A stretch of 64,000 bases of DNA, taken from Eledone cirrhosa (taxonomy: Eukaryota). This document shows, piece by piece, positions 13,081 to 26,290 of the stretch (position 1 is the first letter of the stretch; the number at the start of each line of letters is the position of its first letter). The stretch is taken from positions 15,624,001 through 15,688,000 of the forward strand of contig OZ024757.1 of assembly GCA_964016885.1 (NCBI GenBank), read 5' to 3'. Below the pieces are notes generated by a model. That model saw only the letters and a list, made by a program, of their open reading frames with translations. It did no database searches and was not told the origin of the DNA. Both the position numbers and the translations under genes were made by a program.

Positions 13081-14537
13081 TAGGGAGAGGGGGGTATATA
13101 TATATATAGGGAGAGAGGTAGAGAGAGAGAGGCATATATATAGATAGATTTCTTTATTAGCCACAAGGGCGCAACAAGAAAGGGGACAATACAAAGACAT
13201 GCCGGGGATTTTACATACAGTCGTGTAATATATATAGATAGAGAGATAGAAAGAGAGAGAGAGAGAGAGAGATTTGGGGTAAAAGCAACATAAACTGTAA
13301 TTATAAAGTAGGTAGTTTACAAGAGACACAATTCTTTATTTATATCAAAGGAACTGGGACACGGTTGCTGCTGCTGCTACTACTACTGCTGCTCCTACTA
13401 CTACTGCTGCTGCTACTACTGCTGCTACTACTACTGCTGCTGCTACTACTGCTGCTACTACTACTACTACTGCTGCTGCTACTGTTGCTACTACTACTAC
13501 TACTACTAACTACTGTTGCTACTACTACTACTGCTACTGCTGCTGCTACTACTACTGCTGCTACTAGTACTACTGCTGCTACTAGTACTACTACTGCTAC
13601 TACTGGTACTACTACTGCTACTACTAGTACTACTACTGTTACTAGTACTACTACTGCTACTAGTACTACTACTGCTACTAGTACTACTACTGCTGCTACT
13701 ACTACTACTGCTGCTACTACTACTACTACTACTGCTGCTACTACTACTACTACTGCTGCTACTACTACTACTTCTGCTACTACTACTGTTGCTACTACTA
13801 CTACTGTTACTGCTACTACTACTACTGCTGCTACTAGTACTACTACTGTTGCTACTAACACTACTACTACTACTACTGTTGCTACTAGTACTACTACTGC
13901 TACTACTTCAACTACTACTGTTGCTACTACTATTACTAGTGTTGCTACTACTACTACTACTGCTACTACTACTACTACTATTGCTTCTGCTACTACTACC
14001 ATTGCTACTACTACTACTGCTGCTGCTACTACTACTAATACTGCTGCTGCTGCTGCTACTACTACTACTGCTACCACCACCACCACCACTACTGCTGATG
14101 TTCTTAGAAAACTATGCAAATTGGATTTATATAAGACACAAAACTCTTAAAACTGTGTCTATCTAAATAAATGTATACACACACATACATTTATATATAT
14201 ATGGAGAGAGAGGGAGAGAGTTATTTATTTACACATATATATGTACACACACACACACATATACATATATATATATACATATATATACATATATATATAC
14301 ACATACTTATCTATCATGATGATATATATATATATATATATATACACATACTTATCTATTATGATGATATATATATATATTTATATATACACATACTTAT
14401 CTATCATGATATATATATATATATATATTTATATATACATACTTATCTATCATGATGATATATATATATATATACATACTTATCTATTATGATGATATAT
14501 ATATATATATATATATACACATACTTATCTATCATGA

Positions 14538-14614
<77 letters not shown>

Positions 14615-14699
14615 TATATATATATATATATACATACTTATCTATTATGATGATATATATATATATATGTATATATATACACATACTTATCTATCATGA

Positions 14700-14752
<53 letters not shown>

Positions 14753-14776
14753 TATACACATACTTATCTATTATGA

Positions 14777-14813
<37 letters not shown>

Positions 14814-14873
14814 TACACATACTTATCTATCATGATGATATATATATATATATATACACATACTTATCTATCA

Positions 14874-14928
<55 letters not shown>

Positions 14929-14970
14929 ATACTTATCTATCATGATGATATATATATATATATATAGTTG

Positions 14971-15030
<60 letters not shown>
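11860..15030. repeat. Compound microsatellite and minisatellite block: (TG/TA)n, (GA)n, (CTA/CTG)n and a 23-nt unit CACATACTTATCTATCATGATGA alternating with variable (TA)n
   Basis: Visible directly; includes a Tx1-like 3' tip at 13148-13222 (-). Confidence 0.9.
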
Positions 15031-15031
<1 letters not shown>

Positions 15032-15653
15032 GTGACTTGTATTACATTCTGTAGTCGCCTCTATGTAAATGAGAAGTGATATATCTACATATGGCTATCA
15101 TCTCCAACTGCTTGGCACAAAATCCACTTTGTTATACGAGAAGTGTTGTTGGACGGTAGAGAGGGGTAAGAGGTGTGGGTGGGTCCTTATAGCTGCATAA
15201 TGACTGTGTAAAGTGATTTATTGGTTTATAGTTAGGATCAATAGATCAATAACATGGGATCAAGTTATGTAAATAACAATTAGACTGTAAGCAATAGAGA
15301 AAAAGTACAAGATGAGTTAGCAGTGTGCATAGCTGTTTAGGTGAGGATTGGCGTAGGTGTTGTAAAGAACGAGGCTGAGGTGTCATTGTTTCATATGACT
15401 AGCTTCGTTGACATTTAGGGACCCTGTAGGGACCCTGTAGGGACTAGAAACCCTGCTAGGATTTGGAATCCTGCAAGGACTAAGAGCTCTGCAGTGAATA
15501 GCAATCTCACAGATCCTTCAAAGGAGTAGTGGCTGCCCAGGAACTAGAGGCAATGTAGGGATTACAGGGCTCAAAGTAAATAGATACCCAATAGGGCCTT
15601 GCAGCGACTATGGACCACACTGTATACTCTCTCTCCTTCTATATATATATGTA

Positions 15654-15819
15654 AATGTGGTTGGGTGGTTGGTGTTAGGAAGGGCATCCAACTGTAGAAA
15701 ACCCGCCAGACAGTCCTATGCGAGCAAGACAACCACTCTTGCCTCAAGTGGGAAAACTCCCGTCCAAACCCATGCAAGCGTGGAACATGGACGTTAAACG
15801 ATGATGATGGTGATGATGA

Positions 15820-15820
<1 letters not shown>
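15654..15820 (+). mobile_element. RTE-C 3'-UTR fragment
   Basis: Matches 28105-28260. Confidence 0.8.
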
Positions 15821-15875
<55 letters not shown>

Positions 15876-15960
15876 GTGTGTGTGTCACAAATACACCTCT
15901 CCATTGCATGCACACAAATGCATATATATCCCACAGAAATATATATATATATATATATAT

Positions 15961-16227
15961 GCAGAGGTTATATTTAATTTGTTGGGATTCAACAAGCTTA
16001 AATATTTTTATAACTGATATAAAGCACTCAACAGTTTAGTGGAGTAAACACTATCCAGGAAGCTCCAACCGTTAAGGTTGTCTTTTTTTCCGGGTTTGTC
16101 AATATTTATTTATAAAACAAATCTGTATTTTATCTGATGAAAGCGCACCATAATTTGCCTTGGTTGCCCTTGAAATATGTATAATAAAATAAATATGGTT
16201 TTATAAATATAGTTTCCATTTATTAAT
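15961..16227. mobile_element. Family K hammerhead element (minus-strand tail plus plus-strand ribozyme copy) between (TA)n runs
   Basis: Both halves are homologous to 23413-23818. Confidence 0.8.
16126..16191 (+). ncRNA. Type I hammerhead ribozyme (family K)
   Basis: UAUUUUAU-CUGAUGA-stem II (AAGCGCACCA/UGGUUGCCCUU)-GAAA-UAUGUA-UA/AUAAAAUA; 8-bp stem I. Confidence 0.85.
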
Positions 16228-16428
16228 ATATATATATATATATACCACAAATCCTCTATCTCAATTCTATAATTGAAAAGCATAAGAACTGTGAAACTGG
16301 TGAAGGAAACAAATAAATATTCTTAAAAAGACTCCAGTCGCATTTTCAATTTCTTTTCCTTATACTTTCACTCATGTAGGACATCTCGTTTCTTTATTTT
16401 CAAAAAAAAAAAAAACCTCATTTTCTTT

Positions 16429-16765
16429 CATCATCATCATCATTTTATATCCGCTTTTCCCTGCTTGGAAGGGTGGGACGGGAACTGATTCTGGCTTGAT
16501 TTCTACAGCTGGATGCCCTTCCTAACACCAACCTCATTTACAGTGAGTGCTGGGTGCTTTTTTGCCGTGGCACCTCCACGACCACTTTGCAGTGGAATGA
16601 TATGGACCCCAGTCCCTATCATCTCATTTCTACAGCTGAGTAAACTGGAGAAATGTGAAATAAAGTGTCTTGCTCAAGGAAACAACACATCACCTGGTCT
16701 GAGAATTGAACTCACAACCTTCCGATTGCAAGGCCAATGCTCTAACCACTAAGCCATGTGCCTCC
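16429..16765 (-). mobile_element. SINE-A
   Basis: Full-length copy. Confidence 0.9.
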
Positions 16766-16872
16766 ATTTATGTGCCTTTATTTATATATATACAACAATT
16801 CAAGTTTCAGCTGAAACTTGAACCATTAAGGTCTCATTCCTGGATATGTCAATATTTATAAAACAAACTTTG

Positions 16873-16934
16873 TATTTTATCTGATGAGAGCGTAACCAAA
16901 GTTCTGGTACCCTTGAAATATATATAATAGAATA
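16873..16934 (+). ncRNA. Type I hammerhead ribozyme (family K)
   Basis: UAUUUUAU-CUGAUGA-stem II (GAGCGUAACCA/UGGUACCCUU)-GAAA-UAUAUA-UA/AUAGAAUA; element spans 16799-16978 and starts with a 24-bp perfect palindrome. Confidence 0.85.
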
Positions 16935-17022
16935 AATATGGTTTTATAAATATAGTTTCCATTTATAAATATCATTGATATATATATATATATAAATGTA
17001 ATCTGAGTTTTTCAAATATTAA

Positions 17023-17203
17023 TAATTGTTTCTACGTTAGGCACAAGGCCAGCAAATACCCAGTGTATTACTGGTACTTTATTTTATCGACCCCGTAAGG
17101 ATGAAAGGCAAAGTTAACCACGGCGGGATTTGAACTCAGAATAGCAAGGGCTGTAACTCTATGCGTCAAAGCATGGCGTTCGACCCTCTACCAATCCACC
17201 GCC
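17023..17203 (-). mobile_element. SINE-B
   Basis: Same family as 8279-8470. Confidence 0.85.
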
Positions 17204-17621
17204 ATTTTCAAATATTTTCTGCTGAGTATACTGGAGCAATGTGAAATAAAGTGTTTTGTTGAAGAACACAACACACAACTCAGTCCAGGAATCAAACCCC
17301 CCCACAACAATATGATCTTAAGTCCAACACCCTTACCACTAGGCCACACACCTCCACAGAACCATCATTAACATATCTGATGAAATGTCATGAAGGATCT
17401 CTTCCAAAGCTCTGTGTTCTGAGTTCAAATCCTGCTGAGGTCAACTTTATCTTTCATCCTATTGGAGATCAATGAATAAAATACTACTCTAATGTGTTTA
17501 CAGTGGACCAAGATGTGTGTGTGTGTGCATGTGTTTCTGTATGTGATACATATATATAATTGCAAACGAATCATGTACTATTATTAATGAGTACCAGCAA
17601 TAGCTGGGGGGGGGGGGGGGG

Positions 17622-18328
17622 TTAACCCTGCAATGGACTGGCATCCTGTCCAGTGGGGAAGCCTTGTATTCTCGGTCACTTAATGCCATGTAAACTAGAA
17701 TAAGTACTGACCTGAGAATCCTCCGAGCTCAAAACAGACTTTAACCCTGCAATGGACTTATGTCTTGTTCAGGGGTAGTCTTGTATTCTTAGTTGCTTAA
17801 CACCATGGAAACTTCGGTAAGCACTGGCCTGATGAGCCTCTGTACTCAAGACAGACTTTAACCCTGCAATGGACTTATGTCTTGTTCAGGGGTAGTCTTG
17901 TATTCTTAGTTTCTTAACACCATGGAAACTGGGGTAAGCACCAGTCTGATGAACCTCCAGGCTCAAGACAGACTTTAACCCTGCAATGGACTTATGTCTT
18001 GTTCAGGGGTAGTCTTGTATTCTTAGTTGCTTAACACCATGGAAACTTCGGTAAGCACTGGCCTGATGAGCCTCTGTACTCAAGACAGACTTTAACCCTG
18101 CAATGGACTTATGTCTTGTTCAGGGGTAGTCTTGTATTCTTAGTTTCTTAACACCATGGAAACTGGGGTAAGCACCAGTCTGATGAACCTCCAGGCTCAA
18201 GACAGACTTTAACCCTGCAATGGACTTATGTCTTGTTCAGGGGTAGTCTTGTATTCTTAGTTGCTTAACACCATGGAAACTTCGGTAAGCACCAGCCTGA
18301 TGAACCTCCAGGCTCAAGACAGACTTTA
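17622..18328 (+). repeat. 117-bp tandem array from the SINE-M 3' half (one founder plus five copies, A-B-A-B-hybrid)
   Basis: TTAACCCTGCAATGGACT at 17622, 17741, 17858, 17975, 18092 and 18209. Confidence 0.9.
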
Positions 18329-18799
18329 GACTTTTTATTGGTTCTGTCAACCTGGTACATGATTTCTTGCTAAATCAGTCTGTCTTAACATTTATTTCTT
18401 CTTTAAGTTTACTTAATCCTGAATTAACCACATGCTATAAAAACATTGACAATTCTGTTTCCCATAGCAACAGTAGTAATAACACCAAGAAATTTATATG
18501 CTGCAAAATAATTGAGAAGTTACCATAGCAACGATTCATAATAATAGTTGAGGATAATCTAGCTTTATTTCAGTTCTTTGATGTCAGATTCCTGATTAAA
18601 ATCTGTGTCCTTGTCAATGAATGACTTACACTGAATTTGAATATCCTCACACCATTTCAATTGGTGAAATGGCAGAAAAATAAAGAGATTGTCAGAGTTA
18701 GCTTCCATCTTGAATGTTAATAGACTTATCAGTTGCAAATCAATAAATCATTGAACTAGCCAATCAATCAATCAGAATCTATAATTAGGGATACTGTAT

Positions 18800-19255
18800 A
18801 TGTGGGGCCAGTGCTACCACAAGGTCCAGCTAGCTAACTAGCTGCCCAGGGTACAGACCTCAGAGAGGTACATTGTTGAACCCTAAAGGATAAACATTTT
18901 ATACAGGGCTAGTGCTACCATTAAAGTCAACTGGGCAACAACCTAGGGCCCAGATCTCACAGAGGTGTCACTATTAAGGCCAGCTGAGCAGCCACCTAGG
19001 GCCCAAATAACAGAGAGGCACATTACTGAACCTTAAAGAATCACCATTTTATACAGGATCAGTGCTACCATTAAGGCCAGCCAGGCAGAAAGGTGCATTA
19101 CCAAACCTTAAAGAATCACAGATTTATACAGGGCTGGTACTATAAGTAAGGCCAACTAGGCAGTCACAGACATCAGAGAGGGCATTACTAAACCTTAAAG
19201 CATCTCAGTTTTATACAGGCTTGGTGATGCCATTAAGGTCAGCTAGGCATCTGCC
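18800..19255. repeat. Degenerate tandem repeat, ~80-110 bp units
   Basis: Recurring TTTATACAGG..AGTGCTACCATTAAGGCCAG and ACCTTAAAG. Confidence 0.7.
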
Positions 19256-19279
19256 TATTAGACAAACTTGAATGAAAAA

Positions 19280-20590
19280 CCTTTAAGTTATGCTCCAAAC
19301 ACTAGCTTATTAATGAGCAAATAAGTTATATTACTTAATCCCCTTAAATTATTGATTACTTTCAAAATTATTTTATCATAGACAGTGTCTTTCATTAGAA
19401 ATATGGTAATGAAAGGGTTAAAGTGTTTGAATTTGCTTAAAAGCTTTCCACCATAATTTTATGTAAGAATTTTTGTTAAGTTACGTTCCAAACACTAGCT
19501 TAATGATCAGAAAGTGAGTTATAAATTATTGATTATTTTCAAAATGATTTGAAAATCATAGGTAATGTCTTCCATTACAAATATGGTAATGGAAGGGTTA
19601 ATTAGAGACTAATTAGACTTTGACCTGAAATACTTACCATATATAGTCAAATATAAAACTGCATCCTTTAAAACCTCCATGCTTCCTGAGATTCGCCAAC
19701 ACTACACCTGATGTCCCCCTCCATACACACGCACACATGTATTTCATGACTCGTACACTGTTCATTTTCCTGACATTTGTGCATTATTCTATGTACTATA
19801 CGTGCACCTTTGATGAGTTGTAGTGCACCTGAGCACTGTACACAATAATTTCATTATTATTATTATAAGCCAACCCCAGTATTTTATATCTGAGAAATGG
19901 TGAAAATTCCAAACCTTTATCTATGTAGAAATCGAAGTTGGTGAAAATTGTCAAAATATTGACCCCAAATATAATCTAATCCTCCATTTTACCATCGATC
20001 TTTTGGGTCACATATTCCTCAGCTTATAGTCAAATACGGTAATCACAAAGAGTTAAAATGCAATACAGAGTGGGGTTACATTTTACACAGTCAATTGTTT
20101 CTCCTGACCCACACGCTGTTATATTTATCTAAAACATTCCATCATAATTTTGTGTCAGAATCTTTGTTAAGTTATGTTCCAAACACCAGCCTAATAATGA
20201 GATGGTTATACTACTAAATTCCTCCAAATTATTTAATATTTTCAAAATTATTGGAAAATCATAGGTAGTGACTTTCATTAAAAATATGGTAATGAAGGTT
20301 TAAAAACTTATAATTTTATGTAAGAATCTTTGTTAAGTTATGTTCCAAACACCAGCTGAAATTGAGTGTGTTAGTTATTACTAAATCCTTCCAAATTCTT
20401 GATTATTTTCAAAATTAATTGAAAATTATAGACAGCAATTTTTAGATACATGCTAATAAAATATTTGAAGCAAACCTTCCATCATAATTTTATGTAAGAA
20501 CCTTTGATAAGTTATGTTCCAAACACTAGCTTGATTGAAATTTTTGATTAATTTCAATTTATTTGAAAATCACTGGCAGTTTCTTTCATT
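19280..20590. repeat. AT-rich dispersed/tandem repeat ending in AAGGGTTAA (MITE-like); also at 54580-55400 and 62980-63070
   Basis: Recurring AAGTTATGTTCCAAACAC.AGCT...GAAAATCATAGG...AATATGGTAATGAAAGGGTTAA. Confidence 0.65.
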
Positions 20591-21080
20591 TCGAAATGGA
20601 ATGGCTCTCCACCAATTTCAGTAATGAGTTGTTTGATCAACTGATCCACTTGCTCATAAAATTAACCTGTAAGTGGTTGAGCATTCCACAGAGATGCATA
20701 CCTTTAACATAGTTCTTAAGAAGATTCAGTATGACACAGGGAAATGAGGCTGGCTATATCGACCCTTCAGTCGTGTCAAAGACATGACAACCTACCTCTG
20801 TTGGTGATCGACATGATAAACACACCCAGTACATCCTACAAAGTGGTTGGGGATAGGAAGGGTATCCAGCCATAGCAAACTTGCCAGAAAAAGGGTTGCG
20901 AATGTCTTTAGATGTATCAAAGACATGACAATCTCTCCTGTGCACTTGGTGGAACATAAGTAAGCCAGACACAGATCCCTGCCTGATTGATAGATCAATT
21001 AATTTGCTTCAGTACAAGCCAGATCTGAGTGGACTTGTCCAACCCTATCTAGCAGGGAAAGGAGACGTTAAAATAATGAT

Positions 21081-21266
21081 AATTGTTTCTACTTTAGGCA
21101 CAAGGCCAGCAATTACCCAGTGCATTACTGCTACTTTATTTTATCGACCCCGTAAGGATGAAAGCAAAGTCAACATCGGCAGGATTTGAACTCAGATCGT
21201 AAAGGGATGTAACTATGCTGGAAAGCATGGCGTCCGACCCTCTACCGATACTGCCAATCCACCACC
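21081..21266 (-). mobile_element. SINE-B
   Basis: Same family as 8279-8470. Confidence 0.85.
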
Positions 21267-21381
21267 TAAAATAATGGTGATGGTGATGTACAGTTCCTCT
21301 GACTGGCTTCTAAGATGATTTTGCCTACCCAATTCCACTCACAATCCATGAGTCAACCTAAGGTTATATATATATATATAT

Positions 21382-21719
21382 GGAGGCACATGGCTTAGTG
21401 GTTAGAGCATTGGCTTTGCAATCGTAAGGTTGTGAGTTCAACTCTCAGACCGGGTGATGTGTTGTTTCCTTGAGCAAGACACTTTATTTCACGTTGCTCC
21501 AGTTTACTCAGCTGTAGAAATGAGATTATAGGGACTGGGATCCCTATCATTCCACTGTAAAGTGGTCGTGGAGGTGCCACGGCAAAAAAGCACCCAGCAC
21601 TCACTGTAAATGAGGTTGGTGTTAGGAAGGGCATCCAGCTGTAGAAATCAAGCCAGAATCAGTTCCCGTCCCACCCTTGCAAGCAGGGAAAAGTGGACGT
21701 AAAATGAAATGATGATGAT
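21382..21719 (+). mobile_element. SINE-A
   Basis: Full-length plus-strand copy; the last ~43 nt match the RTE-1 3' end. Confidence 0.9.
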
Positions 21720-21978
21720 ATCAACTAGAAATTGATTGACATATATATATATATACAATAAACATATGAAACAATCACAAGGGATAATTTGTAAAGTGTG
21801 TAAGCACACACAGCTAGGTAGGTAACCAATTAAAGTTTAACTAGAGCTTCAAATATAGATACCTTTTAAAATGATTAATCTTCTTCGGACATGCCTCCCT
21901 TAATTTAATTTTGTATATATATATATATATGTACACTCACACACACATATATATACACACACACACACACACATATAT

Positions 21979-22038
<60 letters not shown>

Positions 22039-22124
22039 ATGTGTGTGTGTGTGTATATATATCACCATTTAAAAATAAATAAATAAATGATATATATACA
22101 CACACACACACACATACATAAAGG

Positions 22125-22340
22125 AACGATCGACTTTCGTCAAATCGGACCGAGGGAACAATGTTTCCGTTGGTCTTTCCAATTGCTAATGCTATCTATC
22201 GGTCGCAACTCCAGGTAGAAGGAGCAACGTGAAATAAAGTGTCTTGCTCAAGGACATAACGCATCGCCTGGTCCAGGAATCGAACTCACAACCTTACGAT
22301 TGCGAATCCAATTCTCTAACCACTCACCCACACGCCTTCA
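22125..22340 (-). mobile_element. CORE-type SINE with a third tail type
   Basis: Homologous to 7150-7355 and 34055-34240. Confidence 0.75.
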
Positions 22341-22438
22341 CACATACATATATACATATATATATACACACATATATATATATACACACACACATATCAT
22401 CATCATCATTGTTTAGCATCTATCTGCCATGCTAGCAT

Positions 22439-22472
<34 letters not shown>

Positions 22473-22475
<3 letters not shown>

Positions 22476-22927
22476 AAGGCGGGTAAAATTCCCGAGATCC
22501 ATGGACGAGCTCTCCAGTGGTCTCTGTCCCTCATTATCGCTGCCATGTCCTGCGTCTCCAACAGACCAGTGTCTGTCGTTAGGGCATCAACATACATTAA
22601 CTTTGGTCTTCCTCTTCCAGTGTGTCCATGTAGGGGCTCCCACAGGAGCACTGAGTGCAATGTCAACTCTGGATGTCGGTGAGCATGTCCATCCAACTAA
22701 CATTGGTCTTCCTCTTCCAGTGTGTCCATGTAGGGGCTCCCACAGGAGCACTGAGTGCAATGTCAACTCTGGATGTCGGTGAGCATGTCCAGCTAACCTC
22801 AGTCTCCTCTGTGTCACTTTTGAGCTGACTTTTGGGAGGCTCCCATACAGCTCTGAGTTTTTCATCCTCAGTGTATACTGATTAATGTTCAGAGCCATCC
22901 TCAGCATTCTCGTGTAGCACCCATCCG
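22473..22927 (-). pseudogene. RTEX/RTE-clade LINE ORF2 3' fragment with a 100-bp internal duplication
   Basis: DGCYTRMLRMALNI...QRRLRLAGHAHRHPE...LLWEPLHGHTGRGRPKLMYVDAL..DTGL...RDRDHWR; duplicated block 22598-22691/22698-22791 shifts the frame. Confidence 0.85.
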
Positions 22928-22954
22928 AGGTGTTAAATTTTCATTAAGTTTATT

Positions 22955-23045
22955 CAGGTGTGACATGTTTTGCTATTGATCACCTCAAGGTTTGATCTCT
23001 ATTAATCAGGCCCAACTCTGGAATGAAAAGCTCCTCAGGCATCTG
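22955..23045 (-). ncRNA. Degenerate long-stem-II hammerhead (family I)
   Basis: CUGAGGA...CAAAAC-AU-GUC; homologous to 27435-27520. Confidence 0.4.
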
Positions 23046-23136
23046 TTAGTGCTCACTTTAGTGAACCAACAGTAATTTGATGTCACAATCCCTAAACTAT
23101 ATATATGTATGTGTGTGTGTGTGTGTGTGTGTGTAT

Positions 23137-23313
23137 CCTGGATTCAGTTGGGGGTAACTACAGTAAGTAAGGTACTCAATACATAGCAGAGTATAAATGT
23201 TTAATATAGAAATGACTTTTACAGGACTAGAACTGTTTCATTCGAAGGAAATCATCAGGACGACTTCCTTCGAATGAAACAGTTCTAGTCTGGTAAAAGC
23301 CATTTCTATATTT
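23137..23313. mobile_element. Family L fold-back with a hammerhead-like fold at 23217-23261 (-)
   Basis: Arms ~23203-23256 and 23262-23312; minus strand CUGAUGA-U-UUC(CUUC)GAA-U-GAAA, stem III ACAG/CUGU, cleavage site GUA. Confidence 0.7.
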
Positions 23314-23348
<35 letters not shown>

Positions 23349-23545
23349 AATGTATGTATATGTATGTGTATATATAATGTATGTATATGTATGTAAATAA
23401 ATATATATATATCTGCAAAAGTTTTATTTAAAATTGTTGGGTTACAACAAGTAAATATTTTATAACCAATATAAAGCACTCGACAAGTTTTTGGAGTAGA
23501 TATACGATATTAAACAAATGGAAACTATATTTATAAAACCATATT

Positions 23546-23611
23546 TATTTCATTATACATATTTCAGGGATACCATATTAAAAATATGGCATGCCTTCGT
23601 CAGATAAAATA
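23546..23611 (-). ncRNA. Type I hammerhead ribozyme (family K, mirror copy)
   Basis: Reverse complement of 23707-23772. Confidence 0.85.
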
Positions 23612-23706
23612 CAATATATAAACAGTTTTATAAGCCAGCCTCCTATCTTAATGGTCGCTTATATTTATGGTACGTCAAAATTATTTATAAAACTGTTTAT
23701 ATATTG

Positions 23707-23772
23707 TATTTTATCTGACGAAGGCATGCCATATTTTTAATATGGTATCCCTGAAATATGTATAATGAAATA
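23707..23772 (+). ncRNA. Type I hammerhead ribozyme (family K)
   Basis: UAUUUUAU-CUGACGA-14-position stem II (AGGCAUGCCAUAUU/AAUAUGGUAUCCCU)-GAAA-UAUGUA-UA/AUGAAAUA. Confidence 0.88.
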
Positions 23773-24884
23773 AATATGGTTTTATAAATATAGTTTCCAT
23801 TTGTTTAATATCGTATATATATATCTATATATGTACAGGTCTAAAAACACCTGATTTCTTATAGATGAGAGTAACAGAGAGGAAATCTAGAAAGAGATAT
23901 AGAGGAAGAATCAACTCCAGTACTGGACTGATCCTTTTAAATAAAAAAAAAATGAAGAGCTATGTTGACCTCTACGACATTTGAACTCAGAATACAGAAA
24001 GCCAGAATCAATACTGCAAAGCATTTTATCTGATGTTCTAGCAACTCTGCCAACTCACCACCCCCTACTGTGCTACAATTCCTACACGATGATAGAATTA
24101 GGGGCCTAATGTAATGAAAATCCCGAATCTACATATATCTAACTTTGCAATCAACAATTCTGCTTGCGGGTCTGAGGTTATGAGAGGTTTTAATTGGTTC
24201 TCTGATGGTGAGTAATAAATGGGAGTGCAATTATTGTCGATGGTCAGAGCAGTGTTACAACAACAACAAAAAAACCCCCAAGGGTGCGAAGTAAGAATCA
24301 ATAGCTATTTGTTGATTGTCATTTGATCAAACGAACCTTGTTGGTTGAGTAATGACAATTGTAGTTTTTATGGGTCCTCGGGGAATTACATTGCGTGAAT
24401 AATAGTAATAGATCTAGCCTTGATCATTGCAGACACGTTCCGCTGTGGGACAAATGGTAAAACATTATAGTTAAATTTAATGCAAAGCAGACTTTATGTA
24501 TGGGCTAGATTTGCAGAGAAGGATCTGTCTGTCTGTTTGCCTGCCTGCCTGCCTGCCTGTCTATCTATCCATACATACATCCATCCATCCATCCATATAT
24601 CTATCTATTTATCTATCTAACTGTTTGTCTGTTTGCCTGCCTGACTGTTCTATCTATCTTTACATCCATCCATACATCTATACATCTATCCATATATCTA
24701 TCTATCTATCTATATAACCATACATCCATCTATCTATTTATCTATCTATCTATCTATCTATCTATCCATACATCCAACCATATATCTATCTATCTATCTA
24801 CCTGCCTGTCTGTTTGTTTGCCTTTCAGTCTGCTTGCCTACCTGCCTACTTTCTTTTCTGTCTGTCTGTCTGTCTGTCTATCTT

Positions 24885-25270
24885 AACTGATTCTTTTTTT
24901 CAAATACCACTTTGGAAGAAGAGCCAGGATGGAGAGAGAGGTGCTGTACCCCAGCAAGTTTTATGAAAGGTAGGTGAAAGTGGCGAGAATGGCCCGAGTG
25001 AATGGGCCTTCTCTCTAAATCAGCCTGTAGGTTGACGAAGAGGAGGAGGAGAGGAAAGGAGTACAAACTCTTCGTACTCCTGGAGATGAGGGTTGCACAT
25101 TTTTTTTGGGGGGGAGTATGTGTTACCCATATAAAATGTCTCCCCTATTGGGGAAAATCGACTAATTTTTAAATTGCATTTGTGATAATATTTTACACGT
25201 TTTTATTGTATGTAAACTTCCCCTTTGTATTTGTCCCCTTCTTTTGTGCCCCTGTGGCTAATAAAGAAAC
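24885..25270 (+). mobile_element. Tx1/L1-like LINE 3' fragment inserted in a (TCTA/TCTG)n tract
   Basis: Homologous to 30535-31010; ends in GGCTAATAAAGAAA. Confidence 0.65.
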
Positions 25271-25464
25271 ATATCTTATCCATACATCCAACTATTTATC
25301 TATCTATCTACCTGTTTGCCTGTCTACCAATCAATACATTTATTTAATTGTCTATCATCTGCCCATCTATACCTATCTATCCATTCATCCAGCTATCTGT
25401 CTATCCATCTATCGATATATATATATCCACCTGTCTGTCTGTCCACCCCTCCATCCATCTGTAC

Positions 25465-25496
<32 letters not shown>

Positions 25497-25538
25497 GTTA
25501 GTCAGTCTATCAATCAAAATATATTACATATATGTATA

Positions 25539-25727
25539 AGGCGGTGGATTGGCAGTGTCGGTAGAAGGTCGGACGCTATGCTTTGACGCATAGAGTTACG
25601 GCCCTTGCCATTCTGAGTTCAAACCCCGCCGAGGTTAACTTTGCCTTTCATCCTTACGGGGTTGATAAAATAAAGTACCAGTAATGCACTGGGTAATTGG
25701 TGGCCTTGTGCCAAAAGTAGAAACAAA
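25539..25727 (+). mobile_element. SINE-B
   Basis: Full-length plus-strand copy. Confidence 0.85.
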
Positions 25728-25958
25728 TATATGTTACATACATGTGTGTCTATGTGTATATATACAGTATAATTCTATGTGTGTGTGTGTATCATAGGTG
25801 CAAGCATGGCCGTGTGGTTAAGGAGGTTAATTCCCAAGGTTCTGGCTTCAGTCCCATTGCATGATGAGACCTTCGGCAAGTGTTTTCTACTATGGCCTTG
25901 CATTGACCAATGACTTATGAGCAGAATTTGGTTGACAGAAACTGCAAAGGCCTATATA

Positions 25959-26290
25959 TGTAGAAGGTGAGTTTTATTGTAGTACAATAAAGCAATGCAG
26001 ATATCGGATAAGAAGCACTCTACAGTTTGTAGGACTCGAGTATACATAATATATAAGATCAAAAGATGGTTAAAAGAGTTCCTTCTATTTTATTATGCGC
26101 ATTTCAAACTTATTATGTTGATTTAAAACTGCACCATCCACAAGTGTTTTTTAACCTTCATATCATGTCTTCCTATTTTATCTGATGAAAACACAAATGT
26201 TATTGCATGATGATATTTGTTTTTGAAATGCGCATAATAAAATACATGGAACTCTTTTAACCATCTTTTGATATTATATATTATATATAT
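25959..26290. mobile_element. K-related fold-back element
   Basis: Arms ~26045-26109 and 26222-26285, tail on the left arm, (TA)n flanks. Confidence 0.8.
26174..26244 (+). ncRNA. Type I hammerhead ribozyme (K-related)
   Basis: UAUUUUAU-CUGAUGA-16-position stem II-GAAA-UGCGCA-UA/AUAAAAUA; stem III is the palindrome AUGCGCAU. Confidence 0.88.

Larger units (their letters stand above)
23413..23818. mobile_element. Family K fold-back: 134-bp inverted repeat with a hammerhead in each arm and a tail on one arm
   Basis: Arms 23500-23633 and 23685-23818; bounded by (TA)n. Confidence 0.9.

Noticed and set aside
11811-15079. Long YI-, HT-, poly-T/L/V-rich ORFs (also 3406-4068, 28854-30308 and 36171-38528)
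   Set aside because: They are translations of microsatellites that lack stop codons.
17826-17858. CTGATGAGCC...CTCAAGAC in the 117-bp array as a tandem hammerhead (retrozyme)
   Set aside because: No GAAA follows the hairpin in any copy and no consistent stem I or III forms. It is the ordinary 3' part of SINE-M.
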